The notes under the pieces were generated by a model. The model made no database searches. It had not been told where the DNA came from and was given only the letters and a program-made list of their open reading frames with translations. Shown here piece by piece: positions 42,990 to 57,561 of a stretch of DNA of 64,000 nucleotides. The DNA is from the human T2T-CHM13v2.0 reference genome, Homo sapiens. The stretch's first letter is position 1. Each line of letters starts with the position of its first letter. The stretch lies in assembly GCF_009914755.1 (NCBI RefSeq), contig NC_060932.1; one strand, 5' to 3'. Both the position numbers and the translations under genes were made by a program.

Positions 42990-44769
42990 CTCAACATAAA
43001 TTACGGAAGAATTTTTGCTTCTAATTATCTGACTTACTTTCTATATCATCCATCAAATTTTTATAAACACTGGAGACTGCTGCTTCTGGGTTCTCTTTTC
43101 CAACCCATCATCCTATCTGTATGTCTTATTATCTTGGAAAATGTCAACATGGCCCTACTGTACTTCTCCCCCTTAATGTATGAGGAAGTTTGGTATAAGG
43201 CTACAGGGAGCTGTGAAAACTATGGTCAACCAGAAAATGCCTACATCCAGGCAATTCAGTGTTTAAACAGCACTGTGTTGGCCAAGTAAAAGAAATGTTC
43301 AGGCTTCACTGTCCCTAGCTTGAGACCTCCAGTTATCTAAATACATGCTACACAGTGACAGACTGTCCCAACTACACAAAAAATGCAGAATTTAAACATT
43401 TCATAAGCATATTTTCTCATCGGAATTGCTTTTAACAATATGCTACTATTAGTTTGGTATAATCAGATTTTTGTTCCACCAGATACACTGCTATTCTATA
43501 CTACATCCTTGGTTAAGATGCTTAGGATCAGTGTCTTCATGTATAAAATGAGGACAATAATAATATCTGCTTTATAGGACCAAGATTAAATGTATTAATG
43601 CATGAAATGCTTAGGATAAAGCTCTAATATTTAGCAATCATTTAATTATCACTATTGTTATTGTGTAGATCATTTATATTTTGGGTATGTTGTTTCCAGT
43701 TTCTTTCTTGATTTCCACAAGTATGTTACATCATATTGAGAAAACTAAGAGCTTATACTGAATTTTGTTTTTTATTGTATCTGACAAAACCCAGGAGATG
43801 CGTTTTGTTTTCCAAATTTGACTTTTCAAAGCTTTCCCTTAATGTCAGATTTAATAGGTCTTTGTAAAAATACATACTTCTAAGATAGGTACAACAATTT
43901 GTCTCCTGGAGGCAGAATTTCTGAACTGAGCATAACTTTAAAAGGCAAAAAATGAAGAAAACCTCCAAGGTTTAAAAATATGGATGCAGTCTGACAAACT
44001 GAATGTTTAAAGTTAATTAAAAAAAAAAGACACCAAATCTTGAGTGAAATAAATGGTCCATTTGAGACAAGTGTATCAGCATTTAAAACAAAATAACCTT
44101 TCCATGCAGCTTTGATTCAAATTTTCACTTATAAAACACTTTTTGTAATATTTGTCATCAGAGCACCTGGCCAGGTTTAAATTTACATACAAATGTAATA
44201 TAGGTCTACCTATAGTGACCATGCTTAATCAAAGTAAGTATTTAGAAAATAAGTATCTACTTTTTGTGTCCAAAAAACAGCATTCAGGATTCTCAGAATT
44301 ATTTGGAGCTCCTATTCCAGGAAAGCTCCACTGTTGTTTTCATTTTTTTCTGTGTAGTGTAAATAAAAAGTGATGTGTTTTATAGCAGGTTGTGTAAGTC
44401 CTTACTATAAAACATTTCTCTAATTTGTTTATAGTGACCATCTCTCAAAAGAAGAAGGCAAAAACATTCAGAAACAATTAAGGCATTCTGGTAGATTTCC
44501 AAGAAGGAGCAGCAGCCAAATAGTTAGATAAACCTGTTCAACCAGACATGATTGAAAATCCAACAAATGAGGTTGGTGGGGGAGACAGGATTAGACGGGA
44601 AGGAAACGAAAGCTTTTCTACATCTCCAAATATATAACTAAACTGTTTGCTTTTACTTGAATGCTTAGAATTCCTTATTAATTTCATAGTTCAGTAAATA
44701 TTAGGTCTTAAAGCGGGAAGCAACTGGAAAGACGTTTCTTAACAAAAGGGATCATGAATCAGCTTAGTT

Positions 44770-47635
44770 CTGCTTATGCCCAAGAAACAGTAACTGCTAT
44801 AGAAACTGCCCTACTATAATAACTTAAAAAGTCTATGTAAGTATATAAAACAAAACTTTTTAGACATTTCAAAACAGAAAACATTGGATTATAATTCTGA
44901 AGAGAAAGAAACAAATGAGTTAAGACTGGCTTACTGCTTAGAGAAAGAGTCTCGGTTCCAACAGTGGAAGAGGGTACCTAAACAGAGCCTGTGAGTCATG
45001 CTGAGTTGAGGAGGTAAGAAAGGAGTTTAGTGATGCGGAGATAAGAAAGGAGTTTAGTGATGCTGAGAGGGCTAGAATTTGTAGAGCTGCGTAAAACAGA
45101 GGGGAGAGTTACAAAAACAGATGGTTCTGAAGACCTGCAGAGGATACTCTGCTCTTGGCTGTAGCATCGATCTTAGCACTAGTGAAAGGAAATAATTCAA
45201 GGCATGGGAAAAATAAAGTAGTGGGATGGACAATTTCAAGGGCTCACACAGGGCTAAGAAGAATTTATGTTTTCATCAGCTAGAGTGGATAGACTGTGTA
45301 ATACATGCCATATTGGAAAGAGGCTGAAGAAGAACAAGAATGCCTTATTAATGGAAATATTTAAATAAGTCCCAGAATAAAGACTGCTCTGGATCCACCA
45401 GAACAAAGGGTAAAGGCAAGCGTCTAAAGAATTCAGTTAATCTGCAAGTTACTTACCCGCACACCAGGAGAAAATCCAGTGTTTTTTTTAGATGAATACA
45501 ACTAAAAGTAGCACCTGAAAAATGGAAAATTCACAATGTCTGGCACTCAAAAATTACAAGGAATGCAAAGAAAAAGGAAAAAAAAACCAACTATGACTAA
45601 AGCCAGCAGAAAAAAAATAATGCAACAGTTCCAGAAACGACAGAAAGGAAGGTTATCAAAGAGAAGAACCTTAAAAAAGCAATTATAAACAGAATAAATA
45701 TATTCAAGGACATGAAGAAAAACATCAACCTGATAAGGAGAGAAACGGAAGATATAAAATAGACCCAAGTTGAACTTCAAAGATAAACATGCTGATTATG
45801 AAATGAAAAATGAAGTAAATGAAGAATAAAAACTATCAAATAAAGTACTGAAATGACAAAGAGTTAAAAATATTGGAAAGAGCTTCAGGAAACCCTTGGG
45901 ATAGCACTGAGTATCATATAGCAAACAAGTCCCATAACAGGAGTGGAGGCTTTAAGAAATAATGGCTGAAAAAAACATGAACCTATGAATCCAAGAACCC
46001 CAATAAACACCAAATAAGGAAAACATAAAGAAAATCACACTAAGGCATCACATAATAAAATTGATGAAAACCAGAGATAGAAAAATCTTGAAAGCATTCA
46101 TAGTAGCAGAAAAAGCCATCTTGGGTGCAGAGGAACAAAGATAAGAATGATAGGAGACTTTTTTTGTCTGAAATCCTGCAGGGCAGGGAAAAATGAAACA
46201 TCATCTTTAAGTATTGAAAGGAAAAACAACCTGCCAAAGGATTCTATACCCAGTGAATATACATTCCTAAAATTAAGGTGAAAATAAAGATATTTTCACA
46301 CTGATAAAACATGAGAAAAATTCCTGACAGCAGTTATGTGGGGGTAAAAGTAAAAAAAAGGTTTCTGCTTAAAGCAAAAATATTAACAATGAACTACTTT
46401 AAGTTTTAGAACATAGAATTAAAACATAGGACAACATCACAAAGGCTAGGAAGAGATAAGGGGAATTAACTTGCTATAAGGGTCTCAAACCATAAATGAA
46501 GCAGTACAATTTGAAGGTGAACTGTGACAAATTAAAGATGTACACTGTAAACCTTGCAGCAAACACTAAAATAATTAAAGAAGTACAGCAAACAGGCCAA
46601 TAGTGACAAAAAACAGAACCACACACAAAAAATAATCCTACACAAGAAAGGAAAAGACCAGACGGAATAAATAAGAAACCAACAGTAAGACGGCAGATTT
46701 AAAGTCAACTATACTAATAACTACTATAAATGTAAATGGTATAGGCACTCTAATTAAAAGACAGATACTGTGATTTACAATAAAAAGCGAGACCCACCAA
46801 TATTCCATATAATAGAAAGCAATTTTAAAGACACAACCATAAATTAACAATAAAAAGTTAGAAACAAAATTTGTATAGCATGCAAAAACTATGAAGGAAA
46901 CTAAAGTGGCTGTATTAATATTAGACAAAGTAGACTCCAAAATAAGGAATATAACCAGGGGTGTCGGACGTCATTTCATGACAAAGGGGTCAAATCATCA
47001 GGAAGACATAATATATATAGGTATAAGGGATGCAAAATGATATAGAAACTTTAGAAATTTCTTAAAAAGTTAAAGATATATTTAGCATATGGTGAAGCAA
47101 TCTTACTCTTTTACTCCTAGGTAACTTCTGAAAAGAAATGAAAACATATGTACGTGCAAAAACTTATATGTGAATGTCCATAGGGGCTTTATTTATAACA
47201 GTTCAAAACTGGAAACAACCAGAATGCTCAGCTGGTGAATCAATAAACTGTGGGATATCCAAATAATGGAATACTTATTAAGCAATAAGAAGAGAGAAAC
47301 TATTAATTCACACAACACCTAACAATATACATGAATCTGCAAAGAATAACACTAAGTGAATGAAGCCAAACACAAAGCAGTCCCATGATTCCATTTATTG
47401 CAATTTTAGAAAAGGCAAAAGTATAGGGCCCAAAGACAGATAATCATCTGTCATAACCGTCATAGGATGGGAGTAATACGAGAAGCAATTACTGCCAAAA
47501 GTACAGTTAAACTTTTCTGGGTAATGGAAATGTTATTTATTTTAATTGTGTTGATGATTATATAACTATACATTTTTCAAAACTCAAACTATATACTCTA
47601 AATTGGTGAATTTTAGTTTTTGTAAATTATTAGAA
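44770..47635 (+). mobile_element. Old L1M fragments (5'/ORF1, ORF2 start, 3'UTR)
   Basis: A-rich ORF1-like tract, ORF2 start (actataaatgtaaatggt...aattaaaagacaga) and an L1ME-like 3' end. Confidence 0.65.
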
Positions 47636-48470
47636 ACCATGCACATTCTGGATTGTAAGGCTGAATTATCTGCTAACATTAATGTGATTTGGAAACCTTG
47701 GGAAATTGAAATGGGGATATCCAGGAAGAGCCTGAGGAATTAAAGGCAGCTGAAACTTCCACGCTCCTCCTGATAGCCCCATGGAAAAACAGAGGTTAAA
47801 AGTCCTCCAGTGATAAAGCAACTGACAGGAAAGAAGCCTGGAGATGGGCACGTCTTAACCCATCCATATATTTTCCCTTTGGTTCTGAGGCAGGAACAGA
47901 GATAGAAACAAGCAGAGGCAGGTTCCTTTGGAAAGCAGGACGAACTTCCTAACTTGCTACAAAGACAAAAGCCCCATGACACTTAAAACTGCCTTGACCA
48001 ATCAGAAATTCTCAAGACAGTTAACTAAGGCTTTAAAGGAGATACAATGGCAGAAAAACTTCTAGCCTGGTACAAGGTGTCTGTGATGTCTCAACTGCTA
48101 AGCAATCCTCAGGTTCTGTATCTATATTCATATGTATTAGGCCGCTGAGGGAGAAGAGCTTCTACCCGGAGAATCCTCCAATAGAGGAGGTTTCCTGGGC
48201 CACTGGGTCCAGGAAAACAGTGGACAAGGAAAATTTTATCAGTAGAATCTGGGACTTTGGAATAAACTAACCAATTAAGTCAATCCATTGCTAGGAAATG
48301 AATCAATGAAAAGATGCTCACATGGGTTAACTGTGCTATATACCTGTCTAGCAGGAAGTAGTAAATACTCCGAATAAGTGATAGCTGTTATACTTCCCCT
48401 TTTTGACTTTTCTTGAATTGAAATTATTCTTTTTTTTTTCTCTAGTACTTTATGTGAGGTATGTCAGATA

Positions 48471-48795
48471 CAGTCAACCCTCCATATCTGTGGGTTCTGC
48501 AACTGTGTATTCAACCAACGGTGGATGGAAAATATTCCCTCTAAAATTCTGTCTGCATTGAATATGTACAGACTTTTTTCCTTGTCATTATTCCCCAAAG
48601 AATACAACATAACAACTATTTACACAGTATTAGATATTATAAGTAATCCAGAGACAGTTTAAAGTATATGGGAGGATATGCATCAGTTATATGCAGATAC
48701 TATGCCATTTTATATCAGGGACTTGAGTGTCCTTGGATTTTGGTACCTGTCAGAGGCCCTGGAATCAATCCCCTACAGATATTAAGGGACAACGG
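48471..48795 (-). mobile_element. MER2 (Tigger-derived DNA transposon)
   Basis: TIR-like ends cagtcaaccctccatatctgtggg / cctacagatattaagggacaacgg, flanked by TA. Confidence 0.85.
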
Positions 48796-49649
48796 TATTT
48801 TCGTATTTTTCACTTAGCCTATAGATTTCAGTGCCATCCATACCTGACTGAGGGGAATGAACACTATCAACAAATCTTAGCCTTGGAGACAGAAGCTGCA
48901 GTTGGGCAGGCATGTTACAGAGAGATGGTATATTTGTGGTTGTAAAAGGAAAACTGCAATGTTTGGCAAAAGTATTATTCAATGTATGAAGAAGGGTGTG
49001 TCTGCACACTGGAAAGAAACAAATGGGTATCTATTGCTTTGTGTGCCAAGAACTCCCATTCTCTGAGACCAGTATCTCATTCTTACTGTCATTGCAAGCA
49101 AGTGGGGGCTGTCAATCACAATATTCCATCCTCTCAGTGATACAAGTCAGAATCCTGTCCTAGAACAGACTAAATGAGAAGTTAGGGAAGAAGAACAATC
49201 CTCTTTGGTGTCAAAATTAAACACGTGATCTATAGCACTGCTAATAACCATGTATAAAGGACCTCATTCCAAAGAATAATGCTGACACAAAAAATCATGC
49301 AGAGATAGAAATGGAGAGTACGTCCTGGTGACAATCCATCTTCAGGTGTGCCCTTTTGCTAAGATGGATTCACTTGCTGTCACAACTATATGAGTGAGTT
49401 CTGATACAATGTTGTGGGATAAAATTAAGTAGTCTAGTAATCTAGTATATAAGGTGCACAGAAGATATGGTGGATGCACTCTTAAAGAACTTGGGAACAT
49501 TAAGAAATTTGTTCAGCATTGCTAAGTCCATGTCAAAGCCACCCCACTGCAATGTTTCTCTCCATGTAAGCTAATAGAATATGCTAACACATTAAGAAAA
49601 AGGATCCAGCTACAGATAGAAACAGTGGTACTATCCATCTCTTCACCCC

Positions 49650-50160
49650 AAAGATAATTCTGAGCAAACATGTCACCTTATCTTACTCTGTTCAAGTATA
49701 TCAAATTGCTATTTCACTCTGCAAAGATTATTCTAACTATATAAGCATGCTCTATTCTTCTCAAACTCCAAACACCATCATTGATCAAGATAATCATGCC
49801 TCACACTTCACAGAAAAATCAGAAGCCATCCAATTAGGCTCCTTCAATTTCCCAAAACTAATTATACTATGCTCTCCTACATCTCACCTGTCCACCTTCT
49901 CAAAGGCGAGTCATTCCACATATGTACTGGATATGAATTCCCTCCCTCCATCCTTTGTCTCTGGGACCTTACACCATTAATTTTTCTATGCGTTGCAAAT
50001 TCAACCTTTCCCTCAACCACCAGAAATGTAAACTTCATGAAGACAGAAACCTTGTCCCTCCTGCTCAACCCTGTATTTCTGGTGGCTGGCACAGCAGGTA
50101 GTCAGTATTATTTGTTGAAGCCATGACTAAATAAATGAATGGATAGAGAATGAATAAATT
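49650..50160 (+). mobile_element. L2 fragments including the 3' end
   Basis: cctcacacttcacagaaaaatcagaagccatc ... ctggcacagcaggtagtcagtattatttgttgaa ... aaataaatgaatg. Confidence 0.6.
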
Positions 50161-50380
50161 GAAAGGAGTTCTCCCTTTCTAAAGTTCTATAATTCTGCTT
50201 AGAGAAGAGCAGGTGCCACATTGGATTTTTAATTTAGGGTTAGAGGCTTTATCCAATTTCAAGAATGTGTCTATAGATAAACATAATTTTTTCATCCTTG
50301 ACTTTCAGATAAATTCCCTTTAAATTTTGAGCATAAAGATAAAATAAATGAAATAGAAAATGACAACGCATGATACTTAC

Positions 50381-50574
50381 TCTTCTTTCCATCCATATCT
50401 GCATGAATTTTCCGAGCCAAGAATCCACTTTTGTACACAGCAGCATTTGGATCATGAGGAATGTCCAAAAATGGGTTAGTAGTACTTCCAATACGACTGA
50501 TGGTCTTTGGATGTGTTCCGTTAGCTTTCTCCTCAGTACTTTCTGAGGGAGACTTTTTTTTCTCTTCATCATCT
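50381..50574 (-). CDS. PSD3: PSD3 internal coding exon (194 nt): Sec7-PH linker and first strand of the PH domain
   Basis: Minus strand reads ctttctcccttttag|A GAT GAT GAA GAG...GAT GGA AAG AAG A|gtaagt. It encodes [64 protein letters not shown], recognised as PSD3/EFA6R. Splice sites are canonical; phase 2 in, phase 1 out. Confidence 0.97.
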
Positions 50575-51195
50575 CTAAAAGGGAGAAAGCACAAAGACTG
50601 AGTCAAGCACCTATCATAATATTCAAAGAAAAAGGTAAGTTATTGTAAAAAACTACATTGTATTCCAATGGTGTATCACTTTTTATAACCACCACCATGA
50701 TAATGACAGACACCATTTGTTAAATGTATTCTGTGTGCCAGGTGTTAATGATCATGGCAATATCTTATAAGACTGATATTAATATCCTCTATTACAGATA
50801 AGGAAATAGACTCAGTGAGTTTAAATGTACAAGGCCACAGATTTAGTGATGAACAGATAATGAAGATATGATCATAAAATCCCTAAAGTCATTGGTCTTT
50901 TCACCGTTTACAATGCTTTCATGTTTGTCTTCTTTCAAACAAGTGGGAGTTTATTGGCAGGAATTATGATTTTGACTTACGTATTTCTACAGGGTCTAGC
51001 ATAGAACTAGGTGTACAGAAAACAGCAAAAGTGTTAGAGTCAGTCCAATGGACAATAGTAAACAATATCCCCCAAATAACCAGGCTAGTCCCTAATATTA
51101 AAACCCCAGGCAAAGCTACTATGGATTAGAATGGGGATGCCAGGCACAGTGCTTTGGCATGTGACAGCTGCTACTTTCTCAACCGCCATAAAAAT

Positions 51196-51935
51196 AGTCC
51201 CCAACATCTATTGTTCCCATCTTTATGTCCATGTGTACCCAATGTTTAGCTTCCACTTTTAAGTGAAAATGTGTAGTATTTGGTTTTCTGTTCCTGTATT
51301 AATTCGCTTAGAATAATGGCCTTCAGCTGCATCCATGCCGCTGCAAAGGACATGATTTCAACCTTTTTCTATGGTTGCATAGTATTCCACGGTGTGTATG
51401 TACCATATTTTCTCTATCCAGTTCACCATTGAAGGGCATCTAGGTTAATTCCATGATTTTGCTACTGTGAATAGGGCTGCAATAAACCTATGAGTGCATG
51501 TGTCTTTTTGGTGGAATGATTTGTTTTCCTTTAGGTATATAACCAGTAACAGGATTGCTGATTTGAATGGTAGTTCTTTTTTATGTACTCTAACAAAGTA
51601 CTTAAAAACTGCTTTCCACAGTAGCTGAACTAACTTACATTCCCACCAATGATGTATAAGTGTTCCCTTTTCTCTGCAGCCCCACTGGCATCTGTTAATT
51701 TTTTTGCCTTTTTAATAACAGCCATTCTGACTGGTGTCAGATGGTATCTCATTGTGGTTTTGATTTGCATTTCTCTGATGATTAGTGACGCCGAGTATTT
51801 TTTCATGTTTGTTGGCCATTTGTATATCTTCTTTTGAGAACAGTCTGCTCATGTCCTTTGCCCACTTTTTTAGTAAGGTTATTTAGTTTTTTGCTTGTTG
51901 AATTGTTTAGGTTCCTTATAGAAGCTGGATATTAG
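51196..51935 (-). mobile_element. L1PA15/16-like 3' fragment
   Basis: Reverse L1 ORF2 end and 3'UTR (gccattctgactggtgtcagatggtatctcattgtgg). Confidence 0.85.
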
Positions 51936-53142
51936 CCAGATTAACAGTTTGCAAATAACCACAATATATTTTAAATATATCACAAAACCAGAAGTGTTTG
52001 ATAATGACGGTAATCAGAGAAAAACAGCCTTTTTTTTCTCTTTTGGTATTTTATCAGTAATTGTGAGATAAGTGAAAACAAAACTGGACTCTTAGAAGAA
52101 ATGGATATTTTACTTTTATTTTGAAAGAATTTTAGATTTGTGAAGGACAGGATTCCCCTATGCCCAGCTTCTCCTAATATTAACATCTTATATATTAATA
52201 ACTATCGTAAAAAATTTCAAAACTAAAAAATTAACGTAAGTTTAATACAATGAATTAAACTCGGCTTCATTTGGATTTCACTAGTTTACCATTTTTTTCT
52301 ATTCTAGGATCCTATCCATGATCCCACAGTGCATTCTGTTGTCATGTCTCTTTAGCGTCTTCCAGTCTGTAACAGTTCCTCAGTCTCTCCCTGTCCTTTA
52401 TGACCTTGACACTTTGAACAGTATTGGTCAGTTATCTTGTAGAATATCCTCAGTTTAGGTTTTTCTGATGTTTTCTCATGACTGGATAGACGTTATGCAT
52501 TTTTTGGGGAAAGATTCCATATAGGTGATGCATCTTTCTCAGTGCTTTAGGTCCAGGGGATACAAGTTTTATTACTTGTTAGAATTAACCATGATCACTT
52601 GGTTAAGGCAGTGTCCCACAGGTTCCTCTACAGTAAAGTTACTATTTAACTTTGTAAGTGTTTTTGGGGAGATATCTTGTAACTATGCAAATATTGTGAT
52701 TCTCCTTTACCCACTAACTTTATCTTGTAACAATTATTATTACGGTGTTTTAAAGGTTCCCTCATTTATTCTACATTCATTAATTGAAATTCTTCTGTAA
52801 GTATGGACACATGGATATTTGTTTTATTCTTTAGGTTATAATCAAATACTATTGTTATTTAATTTGTTGCTTAAATTTTTGCAGCTTTGGCCATTGGGAG
52901 TTATAATAAGGTGTGCTCCTATGTCCTGTGAACATGCCTCATCTTCTAAAGGACTTCTTTACTTTCAGGTACCACAGAACGCCAAGCTCATCTTAAATTT
53001 TCCTTGTCCTGGCCCTGAAATCAACCACTTCTCCAAGGAGCCTTGGTTCTTCTTACTGGAGAACAGTATTTAGAAATCAAATCTCGGGGCTAGGTGTGCT
53101 CATTGCTTTGGGGTCCTCCCAATAGACAAAGCTAGGGAGATA

Positions 53143-54674
53143 CAGTTATGTATCATATAACAATGTGTGGTCAACGATGGACAGCATACAATATACAACC
53201 ATTGTCTTGTAAAATTATAATGCAGCCAAAAAAAATCCCATTGTCTAACACTTACCATACTATGCTTTTCAGTGTTAGAGTATCCTACTTCTATTTATTA
53301 AAAAAAAAGTTAACTGTAAAACAGCCTCAGGCAGGTCTTTCAGTAGGTGTTCCAAAAGAAGGCTTTGCACTATTTACAACACCAAAGACTTGGAACCAAC
53401 CCAAATGCCCACCAATGATAGACTGGATAAAGAAAATGTGGCACATATACACTATGGAATACTATGGAGTCATAAAAAAGAATGAATTCATGTCCTTTGC
53501 AGGGACATGGATGAAGCTGGAAACCATCATTCTCAGCAAACTAACACACGAATAGAAAACCAAACACCACATGTTCTCACTCATAAGTGAAAGTTGAACA
53601 ATGAGAACATTTGGACACAAGGAGGGGAACATCATACACTGGGGCCTGTTGGGGGTGGGGTGGAGGGCAAGGGGAGGGAGGAGAGCATTAGGAAAAACAC
53701 CTAATGCACGTGGGGCTTAAAACCTAGATAATGGTTTGATAGGTGCAGCAAACCACTGTGGCACATGTATACCTATGTAACAAACCTGCAGGTTCTGCAC
53801 ATGTATCCCAGAACTTAAAGTAAAATAAAATAAAAAAGGCTTTGTTATCATAGGAGATGACAGCTTCATGCACGCCCCTGAAGACCTTCCAGTGGGACAA
53901 TACATGAGGCGAAAGACAGTGATATTGATGATCCTGACCCTTGTGTGGCCCTAAGCCAGCGTGTGTATTTGTGTTCTAATTATTTTTATTATTTAAACTC
54001 TTAGGCTATAAAGTCCCATGTGTTCTAATTTTTAACAATTTTTTTAACAAAAAAGTTTTTAAAAGTAAAAAAGGCAAAATTTCAAAAATAGGAAAACACT
54101 TATAAAATAAGGATATAATGTTTTTGTACAGCTGTATAATGTGTTTTAAGCTGTTATTACCAAAAAGTTAAAAAGCTAAAATAACGAGTTTATGAAGTAA
54201 AAAAGTTACAGTATGCTGATGTTAATTTATAATTGAAGAAAAGGTTTTTAAAAAGAAATTTCCTGTAGCCTAAGTGTACAGTGTTTAGAAAGTCTACAGT
54301 ACTGTGTAGTAATGTCGTAGGCTTTCAAATCCATTCAACACTCACTCAGTCACTGACCCACCCAGAGCAACTTCCAGTTCTGCAAACTCCATTCATGGTA
54401 AAGTGCCCTAAACAGGAATACCATTTACAAAAAATCTTTAATGCCATATTTGTTGCTGTTCATTTTTTGATTACTGTTTGTTTTCTGTTTAGATATACAA
54501 ATACCATTGTGTTACTACTGCCTATAGTATTTGGCACAGTAACGAGCTATACAGGATTATAGCCTAGGAGCAATAGGCTATACCATATAGTACACATGAT
54601 GTTCACACAGTGATGAATTCGCCTGATGACACAGTTCTCAGAACATATTACAGTTATGAAGTGATGTATGACTG
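53143..54674 (+). mobile_element. Tigger3 (Tigger3b-like) DNA transposon interrupted by L1PA
   Basis: Ends cagttatg...ggtcaacgatggac and ...gtatgactg, flanked by TA. Confidence 0.82.
53367..53835 (+). mobile_element. 5'-truncated L1PA7/8 3' end
   Basis: ORF2 tail peptide (KTWNQPKCPPMIDWIKKMWHIYTMEYY), 3'UTR, TSD aaggctttg. Confidence 0.9.
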
Positions 54675-55643
54675 TATATATAAGTACACTCACGTGTATA
54701 CACACATCTATATTTGTGTATCCATCCAACCATCCCAATTAATTTATATTAACACCACCAAACCTAAGCCAGCACATTCCAGCCTTCTCCCACTTGCTTA
54801 TCTGTACATCTTCAATAGTGAGAAAACTGGCTTTCACGATCTGCAATATATTGATTTGTTCAATCTCAGTAAACATATAAAAGAGTTCCAAAATTGCTAG
54901 CCTACACCCATGTGAGGAACAAATTTATGTACTAGAGTACAGTGTTTGTGTACATTTCTTTTGTCTTACACTGTTTTCCAAAGTTATGGGTGAGCTCTTT
55001 TTTTCTCACTCTCATCACAATGGTTAGGTGAAAAACACATTCCTTCGTTATAGTCTGAATTCTACTTTGTGTTTATCATATCCTGACTGATTTTCTTAAA
55101 AAATAAGCATTTTTGAAAATGCATTTCTTGTGATGTTCAGATTTAAGGATTTAGATAATGTATAGAGTCATGTACCCACTACAATGCCAAATGGAACAGT
55201 CTTATCACCCCCCAAATTCCCTCACACTGTTATTTGGCCAACTCCTCTCTCCCATCGATTCCTGGCAACTGACTTCCATCCCTATAGTTCTGCCTTTTCC
55301 AGAATGGCATATAAAATGGTTTCTTGCATTTGGCAAAATGCATTTAAGATTCATCCATATTGTAATGTGAATCGATAGTTTGTTCCCTACCATTGTAAAG
55401 TACCATTTCATTTTATGGTCGTGCCAGTTTGTTTATCTATTCATCTACCGAAAGATACTGAGTTGTTTCTAGTTTCTATATTTTATTTTTACAATGAAAA
55501 ACTATTTGTATCTACAACCAATACCATAATAAAAATATAAAAATACAGTACTGCCAGTCTCTCATAGATCAGAATCAATCTGGAAGAAAGATTTCTGTCC
55601 TTCAAATTGATTATTCTATTATCATCATTAAGATTCAGTACTG

Positions 55644-55940
55644 GGCCCAGCATGGTGGCTCATGCCTGTAATCCCAGCACATTGGGAGGCCGAGGCAGGT
55701 AGATCACAAGGTCAGGAGTTCAAGACCAGTCTGGCCAAAATGGTAAAACCCCATCTCTACTAAAAATACAAATATTAGCCCACTGCAGTGGCAGGTGCCT
55801 GTAATCCCAGCTACTTGGGAGGCTGAAGCAGAGAACTGCTTGAACCTGGCAAGTGGAGGTTGCAGTGAGCTAAGATCACGCCACTGCACTCCAGCCTGGG
55901 CGACAGAGCGAGATTCCATCTCAAAAAAAAAAAAAAAAAA
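55644..55940 (+). mobile_element. AluSg-like
   Basis: Dimeric Alu; perfect 14-bp TSD aagattcagtactg. Confidence 0.93.
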
Positions 55941-55957
55941 AAGATTCAGTACTGTTA

Positions 55958-56730
55958 CAGCCCACAGCTAACATCATACTCAACAGTCAAAGGTGGAATG
56001 TTTTTCCTCTAAGACCATGAACAAGACAAGAATGCCCACTCTCACCACTTTTGTTCAACACAGTTTTGGGAGTTTTAGGCTGAGCAATTAGGCAAGAAAA
56101 AAAAAAAAGGAAGTGACTGTCTCTGATGCTGACATAATCTTATATATAGAAAAACCGTAAAAACTACCCCTCCCTGACAACTGTTAGAACTGCTAAAGTC
56201 AGTAAAGTTTTAGATTAAAAAACCAACACACAAAAAATGAGTAGCATTTTTGTACACTAACTACTCAAAGAATTAAGAAAACAATCCCACTTCCAAAAGC
56301 ATTAAAAACAAACAAACAAAAAAAAACAAGTAGGAATAAATTTAAGCAAGGAGGTGAAGATCTGTGTACTGAAAACCGTAAAACATTGAAAAATTCACAA
56401 ATCAATGGAGAAAAAAAATCCCATGTTAATGAACTGGAAGAATTAATATTGTTAAAATATACCTAGTAACCAAATTCCAATGTCATTTTTTATAGGGATA
56501 GAAAAAATACTAAAATTTGTAGGAAACTAGAAACTACTCCAAACAGCCAAAGCAATCTTCAGCAAAAAATCAAAGCTGGAGGCATAGTTTTTTGACTGTA
56601 AAATATAAAGTTACTGTAATCAAAACAGCATGATACTGGTATAAAAACAGAAAGCCCAGAAAAAAATCCCAAGTAGCTAAGGTCAACTGGATTTCTGGAA
56701 AAGGTTTCAAGAATATATAATGGGGGAAAC
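55958..56730 (+). mobile_element. L1M ORF2 fragment
   Basis: cccacagctaacatcatactcaac...acaagacaagaatgcccactctcaccac. Confidence 0.8.
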
Positions 56731-57207
56731 TACAGAATCAGGTGCCATGGCATTGACCACTGCCCTTCCGTGGCTTGTGCCAGTCTGAAATCCAAACTAT
56801 GACACCATCCCCTCTTCGATCCCTACTTTAGGCAAAATAGAAACCAGTCACATGGGCAGCCTACAGACAGGCCAGAATATTGTTATCAAGTCCCACTCTC
56901 TTCCTTGCATCCCAAGAGAGGGAGTAAGTAATTGGGCTGCTTCCTAAGGACTATGCTATACCATGCTGTGGAGGGAGTCGGGTAAGGGCAAATAACATTG
57001 CTTTGAAGTTTTCTACTGTTTTAAATGTGGCTTTTTTTTTTAATTGAGAGTTTGCCTGGTTGCTGTACATCTTTGGTTTTCAGAGCACATGTGAAGTTCT
57101 TTCAGATGGTCTTACTTGCTTATGGAATGTTTCCCTAAGAAAACAAGGGCCTGGAGCTTCCTAGTCCACCATTGTGCCCCATTTCCCTTTTATTGCTCTA
57201 GTCTTAG

Positions 57208-57561
57208 TGTTATGGGTTTAATTCAGTCCCCACAAGAGAAATTAAAGTACTAACTTCCAGCATTTAGGAATATGACCTTGTTTGGAAATAAGATGATTAA
57301 AGAGTGGGCCCTAATCTAACAATATTGATGTCCTTATTAAAGAAAGAAATCTGGACACAGACACACACATACAGAAGGAAGACCCTGAAGCTACCACAGG
57401 CTAGGAGAGAGGCATGGAGGAGACTCCCGGTCATGGCCTTCAGGAGGAAACAACCCTATTTTCACCTTGATCTCAGTGATCAAGAACCATGAGACAATAA
57501 ATCTGGGTTTTTAAAGCCCATTTGTGGCATTTTGTTATGGCAGCCAAAGGAAATGGATATA
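57208..57561 (+). mobile_element. MLT1 (MLT1C-like) solo LTR
   Basis: tgttatggg...gaccttgtttggaaataag...gagacaataaat...ttgttatggcagcc. Confidence 0.75.

Larger units (their letters stand above)
52100..55460 (-). mobile_element. L1MC/MD-type 3' region split by Tigger3
   Basis: L1MC-like 3'UTR motifs on both sides of the Tigger3 insertion. Confidence 0.6.

Noticed and set aside
50249-50606. ORFs 50249-50572 and 50292-50606 as complete proteins
   Set aside because: One is an alternative frame over the PSD3 exon; the other is the exon plus intronic read-through. The splice sites define 50381-50574.
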